Origin: Octopus vulgaris
Lineage: Eukaryota
DNA length: 64,000 nucleotides
Direction: 5' to 3'
Assembly: GCA_951406725.2 (NCBI GenBank)
Contig: OX597817.1
Span: 109,244,001-109,308,000, forward strand
Shown here: positions 40,221-54,006 of the stretch, one piece after another
Layout of the letters: every line of letters starts with the position of its first letter
How positions within the stretch are numbered: the stretch's first letter is position 1
Made by a program: the position numbers and the translations under genes
The notes under the pieces: generated by a model
Told to the model about the DNA's origin: nothing
The model's database searches: none
What the model saw: only the letters and a program-made list of their open reading frames with translations

Positions 40221-40249
40221 TGATAATAATAATAATAACAACAACACTT

Positions 40250-41187
40250 TTACTATATATATAAATATATATATATACTACATATGTGGGAAATTTTGTC
40301 TCTGTGTGTGTTTGTGGAGTTGTTAGCTAACTCCTACATCGTTTTATTGATTTTGATGAAACTTTGACACGTGAATAGAACTCATGTCTAGTAACCTAAT
40401 GGCATACTCAGATTGTTAAAAAAATCGATAATAGGACCCATCGAAGGGATCCTTGTATATATCTAATATATTTTATTTTGAAAACCAAGGGAAATAACCC
40501 ATTAGCGCCTGGAAGGGATCCTTATATATAGCCAAGGAAAATAACCCACTCATTTTCTTAAATCATTTGGTAGAAATGAAATTGAGTATGCTTATTTCTT
40601 AGTATTTGAACTGTTAGATTTATTTTCCTCAATTTATCCAGTACAACCCTTAAACAAGTAAATAGTATTTTCCTAAACAATAGAACCACTTATTTCGGTT
40701 AGTGATTTATTCATGCATATATCAACACTAGCCCTCTGACGGTAATATTCTCTGGGAACTCTCTTTGTGAGCCCTTTTCAGAGTTATTTACTTTGAATTG
40801 TTATTATCTCATATCTGAGTAGCCTTTTATTATCTAACATGATTCACGATTTTAGTATAGATATCTTATTAGTATTTCCTCCTATGTTCTATATATTCTG
40901 GGAACGCATTAAAGCCCTTTTCGGGACAACTTTATTTGAATTCTTACTATCGGGTAACTAATTTCATGTTATTATATAAATGACTTCACACTTTCGGTAT
41001 TCATAACTTATTGGGAATTCCTAAAAACAAAATTCTGTGTAAGACTTTGGTATTCTCTGTAAATGCACAAAAACCGCTTTAAGGGTTACATACTTTGTAT
41101 TATTGTTATTGGATCAGAGAAAATTTTATGAGAACGGAACCAAAGAATAGGCCCCGCTTTCCCGGGAATTTCTGGGCCGTCAGTTAG
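40250..41187 (+). mobile_element. Non-autonomous Helitron-like element with internal ~150-nt diverged tandem repeats
   Basis: 5' TACTATATATATAAA..TTTGTCTCTGTGTG..GATTTTGATGAAACTTTG; 3' CCCGGG-AATTT-CTGGG hairpin then CCGTCAG-TTAG|T, paralleling the 22109 Helitron end; repeat units near 40746, 40892, 41051. Confidence 0.6.
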
Positions 41188-41695
41188 TACATCTCGAACC
41201 CACAGCAGTAAACAAGAGAGACAGAGACTGGTAGAAACAAGAAAAATACCCTTTGTATTTGAATACTATGCAAATATTCTTTTAAAAAACTTTTCATTTA
41301 ATTTTTCCAAAATTTAATTGTTTTCCATATTTACAGTGGAAAAAGTCTCAATGACTGAACCTGGTACTGAAATGTTTTTTATAAAATTATTTTAACATTT
41401 TCTACCTTGACTTTTTCCATACATATATATATATATATATATATTTACTAAGACAAACAATATGCAAACAAATTTATTCTTAGGCTATTCCTTTCCAAAA
41501 TTTTAAACCGAGTTAAAATCGCGTTCTTTAGTTTGTATAAAATATTGATAGTTTATCCACATAATCCAGTTAAACTAAATAACTATAGAAATTTGACAAA
41601 TATTTTCTGCAATGAATCTTAAAGCAAAACAGGATTTAACAGAAAGCAAAATTATCTCTGATGATTGTTGATGTATATTTTTCTGTAAATACATT

Positions 41696-41889
41696 GGTTT
41701 CAGATTTTGGCACAAGACGAGCAATTACGGGAGAGGCAAGAAATTCGATTAATCGATCCTAGTGGCAGTTATTTTATTGACCCAAGGCAAAAGCAAAGTC
41801 GAACTCGGTTGAATTTGAACACGTAAAAACGGAAGAAATGCCGCTAAGCATGTTGTCCGCCCTTTTAACAATTTTGCCAGCTCGCCGCC
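41696..41889 (-). mobile_element. tRNA-derived SINE family A
   Basis: Head ..GCCAGCTCGCCGCC, body and tail recognisable. Confidence 0.8.
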
Positions 41890-41923
41890 TTTTTCCTTTA
41901 TAAATATATTAAATATACGTCTC

Positions 41924-42109
41924 AAGGCAATATCATTAACACGCTGGCCCATCATGCTTAGCGGCATTTCACCCATCTTTACGTTCTCAGCCGAGGTCCG
42001 CTTTCATCCGTTCGGGTTGTTAGTATAAGTACCAATTGAGCACTGACGTCGATATAATCACCTTACACCCTCCCCCTAAATTGCTGGTCTTGCGCCAAAA
42101 TTTGAAACT
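41924..42109 (+). mobile_element. tRNA-derived SINE family A
   Basis: ATGCTTAGCGGCATTTC..CTTTCATCC..TAAGTACCA..AAATTGCTGGTCTTGCGCCAAAATTTGAAAC. Confidence 0.8.
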
Positions 42110-45100
42110 GATATTAAATATTTGTTTTATTCGTGATACTCAGGGACATAGATTTACTCAATGCGATACTTAGCTAAATAGAAACGATATCATCATCGAT
42201 ACGATAGTCTAATTTATAAATGTATGAAGTGAAATAAAGTACACAAAAAAGGATATATTGTTTTGAGTATCATTACAAAGTTTATCTTGTAAACTGTTTT
42301 CTTTTACGTAAATCTGGATTTCATTCTAATGCGAAGTGAAAATAGATTATATAATTGATAGGATGAACTTAATCAACACCATACTATGGATTAACAGGTA
42401 ATAACACCCGAAGACTGAAGATTCTTATTAGCTAATCATGTGTACCTGAATGACAAGCAAAAAAGGTATCACAAGATAATGGGAATTATTTACACCTTAA
42501 AATACAGCGAACAGAAGATGCAGCTGCTCGTAAATCAGAATTGAAGTAACCCCTTGATGCTTTTGTAATGTCTTAACACACTTTTTCTAGGAATAATCAT
42601 AAAACAAAACTGGATATAATGAAATGACAGTAAATATAACCGTAGTGTCTGCTTAAAAGCACGCATAATTTTATATAAATTCTACTGTAGGAAGGTTCAG
42701 ATTTACTGAGTGAATTGGTTTAATCGATGTAACTTATGGTTTAGTTTTTACCGAAGTCGTTTATGAGAAGATTATAAATTAGTTTAAAATGAGGTCAAGA
42801 ATAATAATAATAAAAATATGTTGAAACGAATTAAATAAATCTTGCAGTTTAGTGAACTCTTCTGTCCATATCGAATTTCAGAATCAATTTTACTTTGTAA
42901 CGGGAGAAAACATTAAATTGTTGCCTTTTGGTACAAAATATACATTCTTTATTATATCGTTAATATTTCTCAAGACGGTAGAGACGGCGGAGACAACTGA
43001 TGACTAGAGTAGTATCTAGTTTCAGTCTTTGATAAGTTATTGCTTAATTCTGATCAAATTAAACATTTGCTTTAACGTGCATATATGGCTCAATATATTT
43101 AATACCAGCAACTTAGCTGGACCATCTAAATTACTATAGCTTTCTGATACAAAAGATGGCACATCGCTTGTATGAATACACACTAGTAAAGAGTATAATG
43201 TAATGTAGCTTGATAGTACCCCCTCCCTCTGCCATTAGAATTTGCTTACACTCATAAAAGAGAAAGTAACTGACACTTTTGGTATACACACTCTTTAATA
43301 TGCTGCATACTTCTATAACGCTTTTAGAATTGTTAAATATATTAAGACTAACACTTGTTAACTTATACCATTGCATATTATTCTTCTTGTTATCATATGC
43401 AGTATGATTTTATTTTAACTAACATGCATCTAAATTATATTTTATAATTGCTTTACTGCACCGAATGCATTTGGAATTACTTGTGTGAAATAATCTCTGC
43501 TTTACAGTTTTTCTATAATTAAGAGAGAAGTATACAAATGACAGTAATTTATTAATTACCATATTAAAATAACAGGAAAATGTAATAACAGAAATGCATA
43601 CAACTTAATTGCCTTTAATTTGACCTATTTTAAAAAGATAATTTTCATCAAATATATCCAATTAGCAGAAAGTTATCAGACATGTTTAACTACTTTTTAC
43701 CCCAGTTTAGCAAGACACTGGAGAATCTAATAAAAGCTTTTATGTATGTCTTCAATATCTGTCTGTATATTGAAATTGAATTGAACTGTAAAGACATTCG
43801 GTGGCAAAGAAATAAAATTTGTGGTTATATCTTCTGTATCCGAGAAAAGAACCCACCCACATTTTATTACATGCTAATGTGATATAGAAGATGTAAGCTA
43901 GATTTTAAAATATCAGCAGATTTATTTCCTTTTAATAACATTCAGCTTTGTAAAGATATATATTTGAAATTTAATAAATAATTACGTTTTTCCGTTCTGA
44001 TCTAATATATATTCAGAAATTTGAAGTTGTATTTGATGGTTTTAGCATCTTGTTTTATATTATCTTATGAAATGAAATTTAGAGAATAATCAAAGTGTTT
44101 TACAGTTGCTAAATTCTTATAATGTTAGAAATATTTAAGAATAAACGTAATTGAAACAAACACGACAAGTATTATCTATATTATTCAATTTATTATTTGA
44201 ATAAAATATCATCTAATGCAAAATATTTCTATGGCATCAATATATTAATAGACACTATAAATTTCGTATGTTTTAGTTTAAAACAATTTTTGCATTTACG
44301 GGATAAGGATTAACTTGCTGCAGCGTTGACTTTTTCATAATATAAAACTAGCTATGCATAAAGAATACAGTCTCAGTTCTCAATCAAAACTTTTTTTCTG
44401 ATCTCGAATTTTCCAAGACTTCCCTTTAGCTGTATCATGTCTATCATTAACTATCAATTATATTTTCCCCAGAAAAAATCTTTATCGTAGATTAATTTTC
44501 TAATAAATCTATCAGTTAAATCTCAGTACGCTACATTTTAACGTCATAACTATTATCCCACACCACCTGATAATCGATGATGAAATGATTATTGTTATGA
44601 TATATAATGTGATATCGATCGATAAAAACATATTATATACTTATATATTCAAGTGTTTTAATTTTGGTAGAATAAATGTAAAAAAACACCCCATTAATCC
44701 TTAGTGTGAAAAATATTAAGTGGCAACAGATTTCAGTAAGTAGATATGTAAATATTGTGAGCTATAAGCAGCGTGATTGTGAAAATATAAACATGAAAAT
44801 AGGTATCTCAGACACTAGTGTCACTTTGATTTCAAATAACTAATCAGTTAGCTCATACTCATAGGCAGATATCACCAAAATCAATAATAGGTCAGCTTTC
44901 GATTTACAACCACCATGAGACTATACGGTTATTGACAAACCTTATTATCTTATACGTTAGTTTTAATCTTTCAATTCATGTTTTATTTTACCATCTGGCG
45001 AAAACTTGTGCCCTGGAAACAGACGGAATAATATTCAAATAGCTTACATTTATATCTACAAAGCTAAATATCTTATAAAAATTCATTATTCCTGGAGAGT

Positions 45101-45204
45101 CAGACTTTTCAAACTGTCTGTATTAAACTGTGGTTCGATCAGATTATTAAGCTACTTGCCTAAACTTTAAAACATAGATGTTTAATTTGTATACAATATG
45201 TGTG

Positions 45205-45236
<32 letters not shown>

Positions 45237-45974
45237 TGTATGTATGTATGTATGTATGTATGTATGTATGTATGTATGTATGCCAACCGTATCCACCTTC
45301 CTGTAAGTTTTTATGCTGGTGCCAACGAAATGTACGTATATCTTTTATATGATTAGAAGGCCGATTGCCCTTAAATATTGGATCACTCGTCATAGCGTTT
45401 CACACGCCTGCCGTAGCTTTATGCACAATGTGGCTTCGTTTCGCAGTAACATCATTAATATCCCCTAACAATAGAATAATTTGATCGTTACAAGCCCCTT
45501 ATAATTTAGCGCTGCAACTTCGAATCGCTGCAATGTTACGTTCACTTCGTATAAACGACATAATCAATATAGATAATTTTATACTCAAAATTATTCTTTA
45601 GAAAACAGACATATCTCTAAACATTAGCTAATGATAAATAGCGTTTAATTACAACACACAGAATTATCTCAAATAATTATTTACTCTATGGCTTTTATCT
45701 TTTGTTTACGATCTTATCATAATAGATGAATGTGTAATTTACATTTTTTTAAATAGACAATGATTCGACTAATTGTACACAATAACACACAATATTAAAA
45801 AATTGCGTATAGGAATTTTAAATTCTAAGAAAGCTGTTAATGAAAGAAGTAAAATAATTATTTTGTAATAGCTTTCAAAATATTGCATTTTATAGAATTT
45901 TTATAAGCCTCAGTTTTTCAAATTTCATTTGCATATATCAGATATGGTCGTGTGTAACAAGTTGCAGTAATGTA

Positions 45975-47209
45975 CGAGGGGCGTTCAATAAGTAATGCCC
46001 CTGACCCACTTCTTATAGCAGTAGAGCAACGAAACCTGGCACAGTTATTAGTCTTTGTCTACATAGGAAACACCCAGAGTTACGCATTTCTCCCATCGTT
46101 TGATGCAGCTCTGGAGACTGTTTTTGTAGAAGACTCCAGCTTGGTCCTTCAGAAATCAAGGCTGCATCATCTGGGAAATGCTTTCCTTTCAAAAACAACT
46201 TCATGGCTGGGAAGAGGTGAAAATCAGAGGGTACAAGGTCAGGAGAGTAGCGGGTGGAGTTCATAGCCGCACGCCTGTGCTTCTGATCTGGCGACAAGCA
46301 GGTTGTGGACCGGAGCGTTGTCCTGCAGGAGAAAGATGCCTTTGCTGATCTTGCCCCGCCTCTTGATTTTGATAGCTTCTCTTAATTTCCTCAGAAGTGA
46401 AGCATAATAGGCTCATGTAATTGTAGTACCCTTTGCCAGGAAATCTGTCATCACTACTCCGTCCTGGTCCCAGAAGACTGTGAGCATGACCTTGCCAGCG
46501 GAGGGCTGCACCCTTGCCTTCTTTGGAGGAGGTGAGTCACGGTGCTTCCACTGCATTGACTGGGCTTTGGTCTCTGGATCATAGTGATGGACGCAGGTTT
46601 CATCCTGTGTAATCAGTCTTTTGAAAAATTTTGACTCATCTTCTTGGCACATCTCCAAATTCATCCTCGTGCACTCGACGCGTTCTTGCTTCTGGAAAGA
46701 TGAGAGCAACATGGGAATCCATCTTGCAGACACCTTTTGCATATCCAAATGGTCATGTATGATAGTTTCCACAGACCCGGTACTAATCTTGAGCTCATGG
46801 GCTATTTGGCGAATAGTTATGCGTCGATCTTCCAAAATGGCAGCCTCAACTTGACGGACAGATGCCTCATCAATGGCAGAAGGGGGGCGATCATGTTTAA
46901 ATTCACGATGCCAGCGTTTTACAAGGTCATATGATGGGGCATCATCACCATAAGTTACTTTCATTTCATCAAAAGTCTTCCGTGGTGTGCGTCCTTTCAA
47001 ATACAAAAACCGGATCACTGCTCGACACTCAACAGGCTCCATTTCATACTTGACTCAGTTCAAACACCTGTAAATCAGAAACCGCAATTAGTCCAGAGCT
47101 GTAATTTGCCACTTAATCTATAGAGATATCAATAATTGCACATGCAAAATTTCAGCTAGATCAAATAACTGCAAGTGGGTCAGGAGCATTACTTATTGAA
47201 CGTCCCTCG
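45975..47209 (-). mobile_element. Mariner DNA transposon (DD34D, irritans/Himar1-like), near full length
   Basis: 37-bp TIRs CGAGGGRCGTTCAATAAGTAATGCYCCTGACCCACTT (2 mismatches), TA target duplication at 45973-74 and 47210-11, 1235 bp. Confidence 0.95.
46048..47042 (-). pseudogene. Disrupted mariner transposase
   Basis: 209-aa ORF (ARWIPMLL, LITQDETCVHHYDPE, SAGKVMLTVFWD), premature TGA at 46413, then LLQDNAPVH, (fs) YSPDLVPSDFHLF and RWEKCV..YVDKD*. Confidence 0.93.
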
Positions 47210-47813
47210 TATAGCAGTGATACGCTTAGCAATTGAAAGCTACAATCATCTTCTTTTACTGTTGTATTCCTTCTGCAGAAGTGTGTGAAGTTGAACATAC
47301 AAACAAGTGCACAACACATTCAAACTCTGATATTTCTCTATGTTAGTAGATCAGTGATACTGACCCGAAAATAACTGCTTATATCCGTGTCAGAAACCTG
47401 ATACATAACTGTTTCGGTCTGATGAATTTTGACTGAAATGGTACTAAACACAATTGAATGGCAATGAGTTGTGACAGAGACAAAAAACTACGAAATTTGA
47501 GAGAAAACAATATCAGAAGAAGGAAGCTGCTTCTGTAATAAGCTCAATGCTAAATATACTGAGGTGAAAAGTATTTCTATATAATGATTTACACAATAGG
47601 TATAAGATAATTTGCGGGAAAATAATATTTTAATATATTAACTGGAAAACCTATCTGGGACTTCATTTTGTTGGCAAATAAAGAGTGAAATGCAAATGAA
47701 ATCTTGGGAGCACTCGAACACACCAAACAAAAAAGCACATCTAAATATATCTATAAATATATTAATACGCTTATAAAAAAATGATTATGCATCTTCCAGA
47801 GCGCATTTATATT

Positions 47814-48002
47814 GGCTTTACATTTTGACACAAAGTCAGAAGGTTCGGGGAGGGTGTTAGTAGATTACATGGACCCCAGTACTCAACTGGTACTTATTTT
47901 ATCGGCCCCATAGAGATAAGAGGCAAAGTCGACCTCAGTGGAATTTGAACTCAGAACTGAGCATTTTGCCTGCTTTGCTAATAATTCTGCCAGTTCACCG
48001 CC
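47814..48002 (-). mobile_element. tRNA-derived SINE family A
   Basis: CCCCAGTACTCAACTGGTACTTATTTTATCG..GGCAAAGTCGACCTC..GGAATTTGAACTCAGAAC. Confidence 0.8.
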
Positions 48003-48229
48003 CTCGGAGTGCCGTTATATTATAACAAAAAAAAATTATGAATAAGTACTTGTATGAGGAAAAGGTCTCTTTCTTGTATACAAGATATATTTATTGGGCT
48101 GTCACATGTAACAAATAGTATCAATGTTAACCGGACTGTCTCGTCAGAGTGCAAACTGTGTGCGCCTCAGACATTTTTCAGCCTCTGGCTGAAATGGAAT
48201 TTGTTACACAAAAAATGATCTTCATTTGT

Positions 48230-49056
48230 GCGTTCATATACACGCATACATACATCTTCTCTCCCTTAGCTCTTAGATCTTCCTTAGGTGTGAGCAAGGG
48301 CAACGAGATTTTTCCAGACATCTTGATTGCTCGCTTTCTGTAGCTCCTCTGAGGCCAACTCTCAGCGCTACCATGTCGTCCTAGAACGTACTGCATCACG
48401 CGCCCTTTGTCTTCTTTGGTCTCCTTCTCGAAGCACATGGCACATAGCCAATAAACCACATCCACCGCTTAGTCACCACGTCTTGCAAATTTCCCATGCA
48501 AGCTCATCTCATCACCGCTTCATTTCTCATTCTTTCTCGGTAGCAGATGACCAGGGTTAAGCGTAAGCAGCCGCGACGGAACACGTCCAGCAACTGAAAG
48601 ATTTTGACTGACTTCATCCAGGTTTTAAGGCGTCGATGGCAGTTGGTATAACAACAGATGGGTATAGTTGCAGCTTTATCTTCTTACTCATGGTCTTCGA
48701 TCACCATGTTATACGAAGACGTTGAAATACTGACATTGATTTTCCTATCCTAGTCCTGATATCAACTTCTACATTATCTTGTCCGAAATTGACTAACCGT
48801 GCTTGGACGCCACCAATTGTCATGACTTTGGTCTTCTCAATGCTTATCCGAAGTCCTGATTCTCCCCCTAAGCTGAATAGGATACCTGTATCAGATAGGC
48901 TATCTGTATAGAGTATGTGTATCAGAGCTTAGTAACGCCAAGTTGTCTGCAAAATCAAAATCCATCAGTATATCCAGAAATCACAGTATTCCAAAACTGG
49001 TACTATCCCTTGTTTTTCGCATGATGAAGTCAATCACCCACAGGAGCAGAAACACG
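48230..49056 (-). mobile_element. Decayed RTE-clade LINE RT and C-terminus
   Basis: IDFIMRKT..DFDFADNLALL..GLRISIEKTKVM..LDVFRRGCLR..KEDLR on the minus strand. Confidence 0.75.
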
Positions 49057-49410
49057 TCTCGAAAAACGATGACGCCGTGGTGATCTCATTCTCGTTCACA
49101 ACATCATAAGCGGAAAATGTAACCTCTCGAAAGAGCTGTTTTTCACTCCTGCTCCGAAAAGCTCTATCTACGACGATTTCATCTCAATCGAAGGAGAGGG
49201 TCTTTCTCTGTCCGGGTTGCGGATCCGTGGAATAAGCTGCCGGACGTGATAGTGAAGATATCGACGACCGCTCGGTTCAAAGTATCTCTTGACCAGAAAT
49301 GGCCTGTGCTCTTTGTATGACCACCCTCCCTGTACATAACTCCCTGTCCCCTACATGGCCTTGCTTTTGCTTTTTGGGCCAATAAAAATTGAATTGAAAA
49401 AGTGAATTGA
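49057..49410 (+). mobile_element. CR1 LINE 3' end with short-repeat tail
   Basis: LEKR*RRGDLILVHNIISG..KLYLRRFHLNRRRGSFSVRVADPWNKLPD..RFKVSLD, then 3' UTR and (AATTG)-like tail. Confidence 0.85.
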
Positions 49411-49654
49411 AAAACGGCTGCAAGACGCAATCCTGTCAGAATACGGAAGCAATTTCGACATATTATTGCTTCCACTGCATGTCTTCAGTTAACACTGTAT
49501 AAGAGACTTAAAGATATAACTACATCTGATCGAGACTCCTTAGATTCTTAAGATATTCTGTATATTCCAAATTTTCAAGATATTCCAGAATGTATCGTAG
49601 AACATTGTCAAACGCTTTCTTAAAGAAGATGAAATTAATAAGATTATATGTATG

Positions 49655-49688
<34 letters not shown>

Positions 49689-50156
49689 TCTATGTAAGTA
49701 TGTATGTATGTATGTATGTATGTATGTATGTATGTATGGAGACAGATAGAGACTCAGATAATGTAATAAAGGCAAGAGTGTAGATATGATCTAGTTTCAA
49801 CATGTTCTACAAGTTACTTGCATTTTCTTACAACATTTACATACCAAACCTTTCACACGCATTTATCGATACCGTCTTGTATTCACAGACAGCTGTAATT
49901 TAAAGTTTGGATGGTAAATCTTTCTCTTAATGAACCAGATATCATTTGCTTGTCTTTCGTATGTGATATATGTACGTTTAGAACTGTGCAATGCCAAAAT
50001 AAAGACAAAGATAGCATACATTAAACTCAAACAAAAATACACACCTCACTGATAAAGTAAAAGCCTAACTCTCAAAAATTCAAACATCAGCGTTAATAAC
50101 ATTATCAATACTTACGATAAAAAAAAAGCATCATAGACACATTCCAACAACACATG

Positions 50157-50272
<116 letters not shown>

Positions 50273-50496
50273 AGCTGTTTATATATAAATATATATATAT
50301 GTTGAGGTTATAGGAGATAATGGTGTCATTGAGACACAAAGGTGTCAGGTAATGCTGAATAAGTGCTATAGACAGACCATAGTTAAGTTCTAGATTCGGT
50401 AATATTGCGAATAAAGGGTTCAACCTTGGTTCTATGTCAGCGTTTGTATATATGCATTTTTTGCGTAATGAAATATAAAAAACCATGGGTACATAG

Positions 50497-50552
50497 ATAT
50501 TGGAGCATTTATAGATAGAAGGTCTACCTTCTATCTATAAATGCTCTAATAT
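50497..50552. repeat. Short near-perfect palindrome (27-bp arms, 2-nt spacer)
   Basis: ATATTGGAGCATTTATAGATAGAAGGT-CT-ACCTTCTATCTATAAATGCTCTAATAT. Confidence 0.9.
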
Positions 50553-50678
50553 ATATACAGCCTTGTTTTTTATATCTCATTACGCAAAAAATTCATAAAT
50601 ATATATATGCATACATATATATTTACATAAATATATATAGATGTATATATGTATGTATATATTCATATATATATATGA

Positions 50679-50730
<52 letters not shown>

Positions 50731-50740
50731 CATATATATA

Positions 50741-50786
<46 letters not shown>

Positions 50787-51289
50787 ATACAACGTTGGGA
50801 ATAATAAGGGAGTTATACTAAAATTTTGGAAGATATTTAGAAATGCTTTTCAATAATCTTTGCTAAAAAGTACCATGAAAAGTTGGTGTGGGTATCTAAT
50901 GCTAGCATGCATTAAAGCACATTTTATTATTCTATATTTACAGAGGTACAGTGTGGGAGAAAATACATTAAAATCTATAAAGAAATTTATATAATAATTA
51001 CCATCAGTGGCTATATAATTCAGTATATCAACATTTCCTCCTTGGCTTTGTGGCATGCTGGATCCATTCCCTTGCTTCAGTGATTCTGCTAAATTTCGAA
51101 ATGTAAGCCAAAAACTATGCTGATTTATTATCTCTCTGTTTTCAGATGCAGAGATCTGATGTTTATCCAGGATGCAGACAACAAATCCAAAAGAATGAAA
51201 CAGGTTCATATCACAGGTGCTTGAATGCTTGGAATAAATGACTCTATATTAAAATAAAGCTAATTCTTATATTATATCTTTTAAACGAT

Positions 51290-51341
<52 letters not shown>

Positions 51342-53296
51342 TATACATATACATATACACATACATACATACATATATATATACATATATATAATATATA
51401 TATATATGAGTATGTACGTATCTATGTATATATATATATATACACACAACCTTTCGACAGTAAATATTTATTATAATTCTATTGTTGTTGTTTTGTTTAT
51501 GAATTATATGGACAATTTCTTTTGTTATCTTTTCGGTACATTCGTTCCTCAATAACTGAAAGTTGATATTATACACTGTTGCAAAGTCTGTGTAATGTTT
51601 AAGTCGTACTCTTTTTGTGTATAGTCTTAAGTGTCGAAAGAAGAATGATGAAATGAGGTATTAACAAACCTTCGTATATGAAATAAAAATAATCGTTGAA
51701 GAATTTCTACGAGTAATTATAAGGATGTGATATTTATTAGAACCTGCTTGTTTCTTACATGTTATTACTAAATCTACAGACACGAAAATATTGCAATGTT
51801 GGTGATGCAAAATTTGGAAAATGTTAAAAGAACATGTGATGGATGTGCTACAAACTATTCTGTGAGAATATGATAAATTTTTATATTTTAAGAAAGTTTA
51901 TGACTAAACTTGTTTTGTTTTCTTTAAAGCTGTTTATCATCAATGGGAATAATTCTCGTAAAGGTGAGACATGAAATATTTTTAAAGGCAGGTGAAAGGA
52001 CGTATTGAACATCAAGATACATAATCTAGAAAGTTATCACTGGTTAATTCATTTTTGATATGTTTATGTTTTATCAAATGTATTGCCTCAAGTTCTTTAT
52101 GTTTTGATAAGATATGCTTGTTGACAAGGTTGAGAAGACAAAATCGTTGTTTTGAACATAATGAAGAATATTGTTGTTATGGAATATAATGATACAAGAG
52201 CACATTATTCAACGGCTCTGACACCCTGAGACCAGCAGCCAGCTAATGAAATATGCAGTACACTCATAATTTTGAAATTGTTTACAACTATATAAACAAA
52301 TCTATTTAGACTCTAACATTAGATTTTTGACAGAACATGGTTTCAAACATATAATACTGGTATATATTTTTCTGTAAAGCGGTGAATGACAAAACAACGA
52401 TCGACTGAATTATTTTTGTTTAGAAGTCACTTTCAAGAGAAGAGATTTATCTGTTAACAGTACATAACTAACATTTACGTTGTCATTATTTGTGAAATGA
52501 AAGCTTCCGTTAATGCATCGGGTTTCGACAATACCAAAATATGTTTAAACTTTAATACGTTTAGTTTTATACAGTAATATCTATCTATCATAGTTAACTC
52601 AGAGTATGACTGCGCAGATTATTTTCTGGCGTGGAGTATTATGAAACCGTGTGTGAAACACTTCTATGACTAGGTGCATTTGATTATTCTTTTATTTTAT
52701 TTCAACTGGGAGAAATCGGCAATACAACCGATTGTACTTGATCTCACAGCATAAGATCGACCCTGGGGTTCTTGGCATTCCATAGAAAATTGAATTTCGA
52801 CGTTCTTATTTAATTTTAATATGGTGGGAAAACTCCAATTGAAATAGAGCAACAACTTTTCAATTCCTTTCATTAATAGGAGAAATAGAATGAAAGAATT
52901 GGGATAGAAAGAAGCATATTAATGGCTATATTTTCAACATATTTTCACCGCAAGAAACATAGATGTATAAAAGAAAGTCAAACGGCTGTCCTTGATATCC
53001 CGATGATATAACGAATCTCAAGGAATTTTCGCATTTTATTTTTATTTTATTTTATTTATCATTTTCGCATTTTCTCTTTGTATTTAGATGATTTGAAAAA
53101 CAAAAAGTATGACCCCTTGTAGGTGACGGACAGGAGTCATTAACGCTTTTAGTGCAAAGACACCACCACAAGATTTGCATCTATAATTTCCCGAAAAAAA
53201 TGCTGAAATGTTAATTAAATTTGCTGATCTATAAAAGGTCGATGCCGTGAGAATACATAGCATGTCATTCTAAACAGTTATATATGAAGATACATT

Positions 53297-53508
53297 AGTT
53301 TAAAATTTGGGCACAAGGCCAACAATTTTGAGGAGGGGATAAATCGATTACATTGACTGTAATCATGTATCTGGTACTTATTTTATCGACTCCGAATGAA
53401 CGAAATGCAAAGTCAACCTCGGTAAAATTTGAAATCAACACGTAAAGTCAGAGGAAATAGAGCTAAGCAATTTGGCCGCCGTGCTAATGATTCTGCCAGC
53501 TCACCGCC
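53297..53508 (-). mobile_element. tRNA-derived SINE family A
   Basis: Tail GGCACAAGGCCAACAATTT, body, and head TTCTGCCAGCTCACCGCC. Confidence 0.8.
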
Positions 53509-54006
53509 TTTATATATGAAAATATATTGTAAAATAACACCGATAAACGTATGTAAACATACAAACCTTATATATCTTTTTTTAATAATATGGTATTTCT
53601 TAAAGCAAAATACACCAAGCTACATATTTCTTATTAAACTGACTTCATTTAGCCAGCTCTGTGGTCTTATATTTCAATATCAAAATAAAGATTTTCTGTG
53701 GTTTTATCTAACAGATCATAAGAATTCTATTGATTAATTTTACATACATCATCAATGCCCATAAGAAAGCGGCATTATCCTCATGTAATTTCATTTCTCA
53801 TATACTGATGTTTTTGTATCAAGAGCATATTTTCAATATACTGAGAGTTAATATTATCCCGACTTAAAAAGTAGATGTTCTATTAGAACAAGGTATACTG
53901 CGCTAGTTATCATGATAGAACCTTTCATATTGGCTTTTGGTGCAAAGTTCACTCTTGTTTATAGCAACAGCGGGAAGATAAATCAGTGTCACCTCCAATG
54001 TCGAAA

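Noticed and set aside
47410-47445. CTGATGA..GAAA word
   Set aside because: No pairing stem II or stem I; expected by chance in 64 kb.
49445-49497. Minus-strand CTGAAGACAT..ATGTCGAAA motif
   Set aside because: Core and stem II overlap, no stem I, and a competing hairpin (GGAAGCAAT/ATTGCTTCC) explains the pattern.
51024-51241. Apparent + strand exon pair (donor at ~51103, strong acceptor at 51145)
   Set aside because: Implied intron is only ~43 nt and no translation is recognisable; cannot be supported without RNA data.
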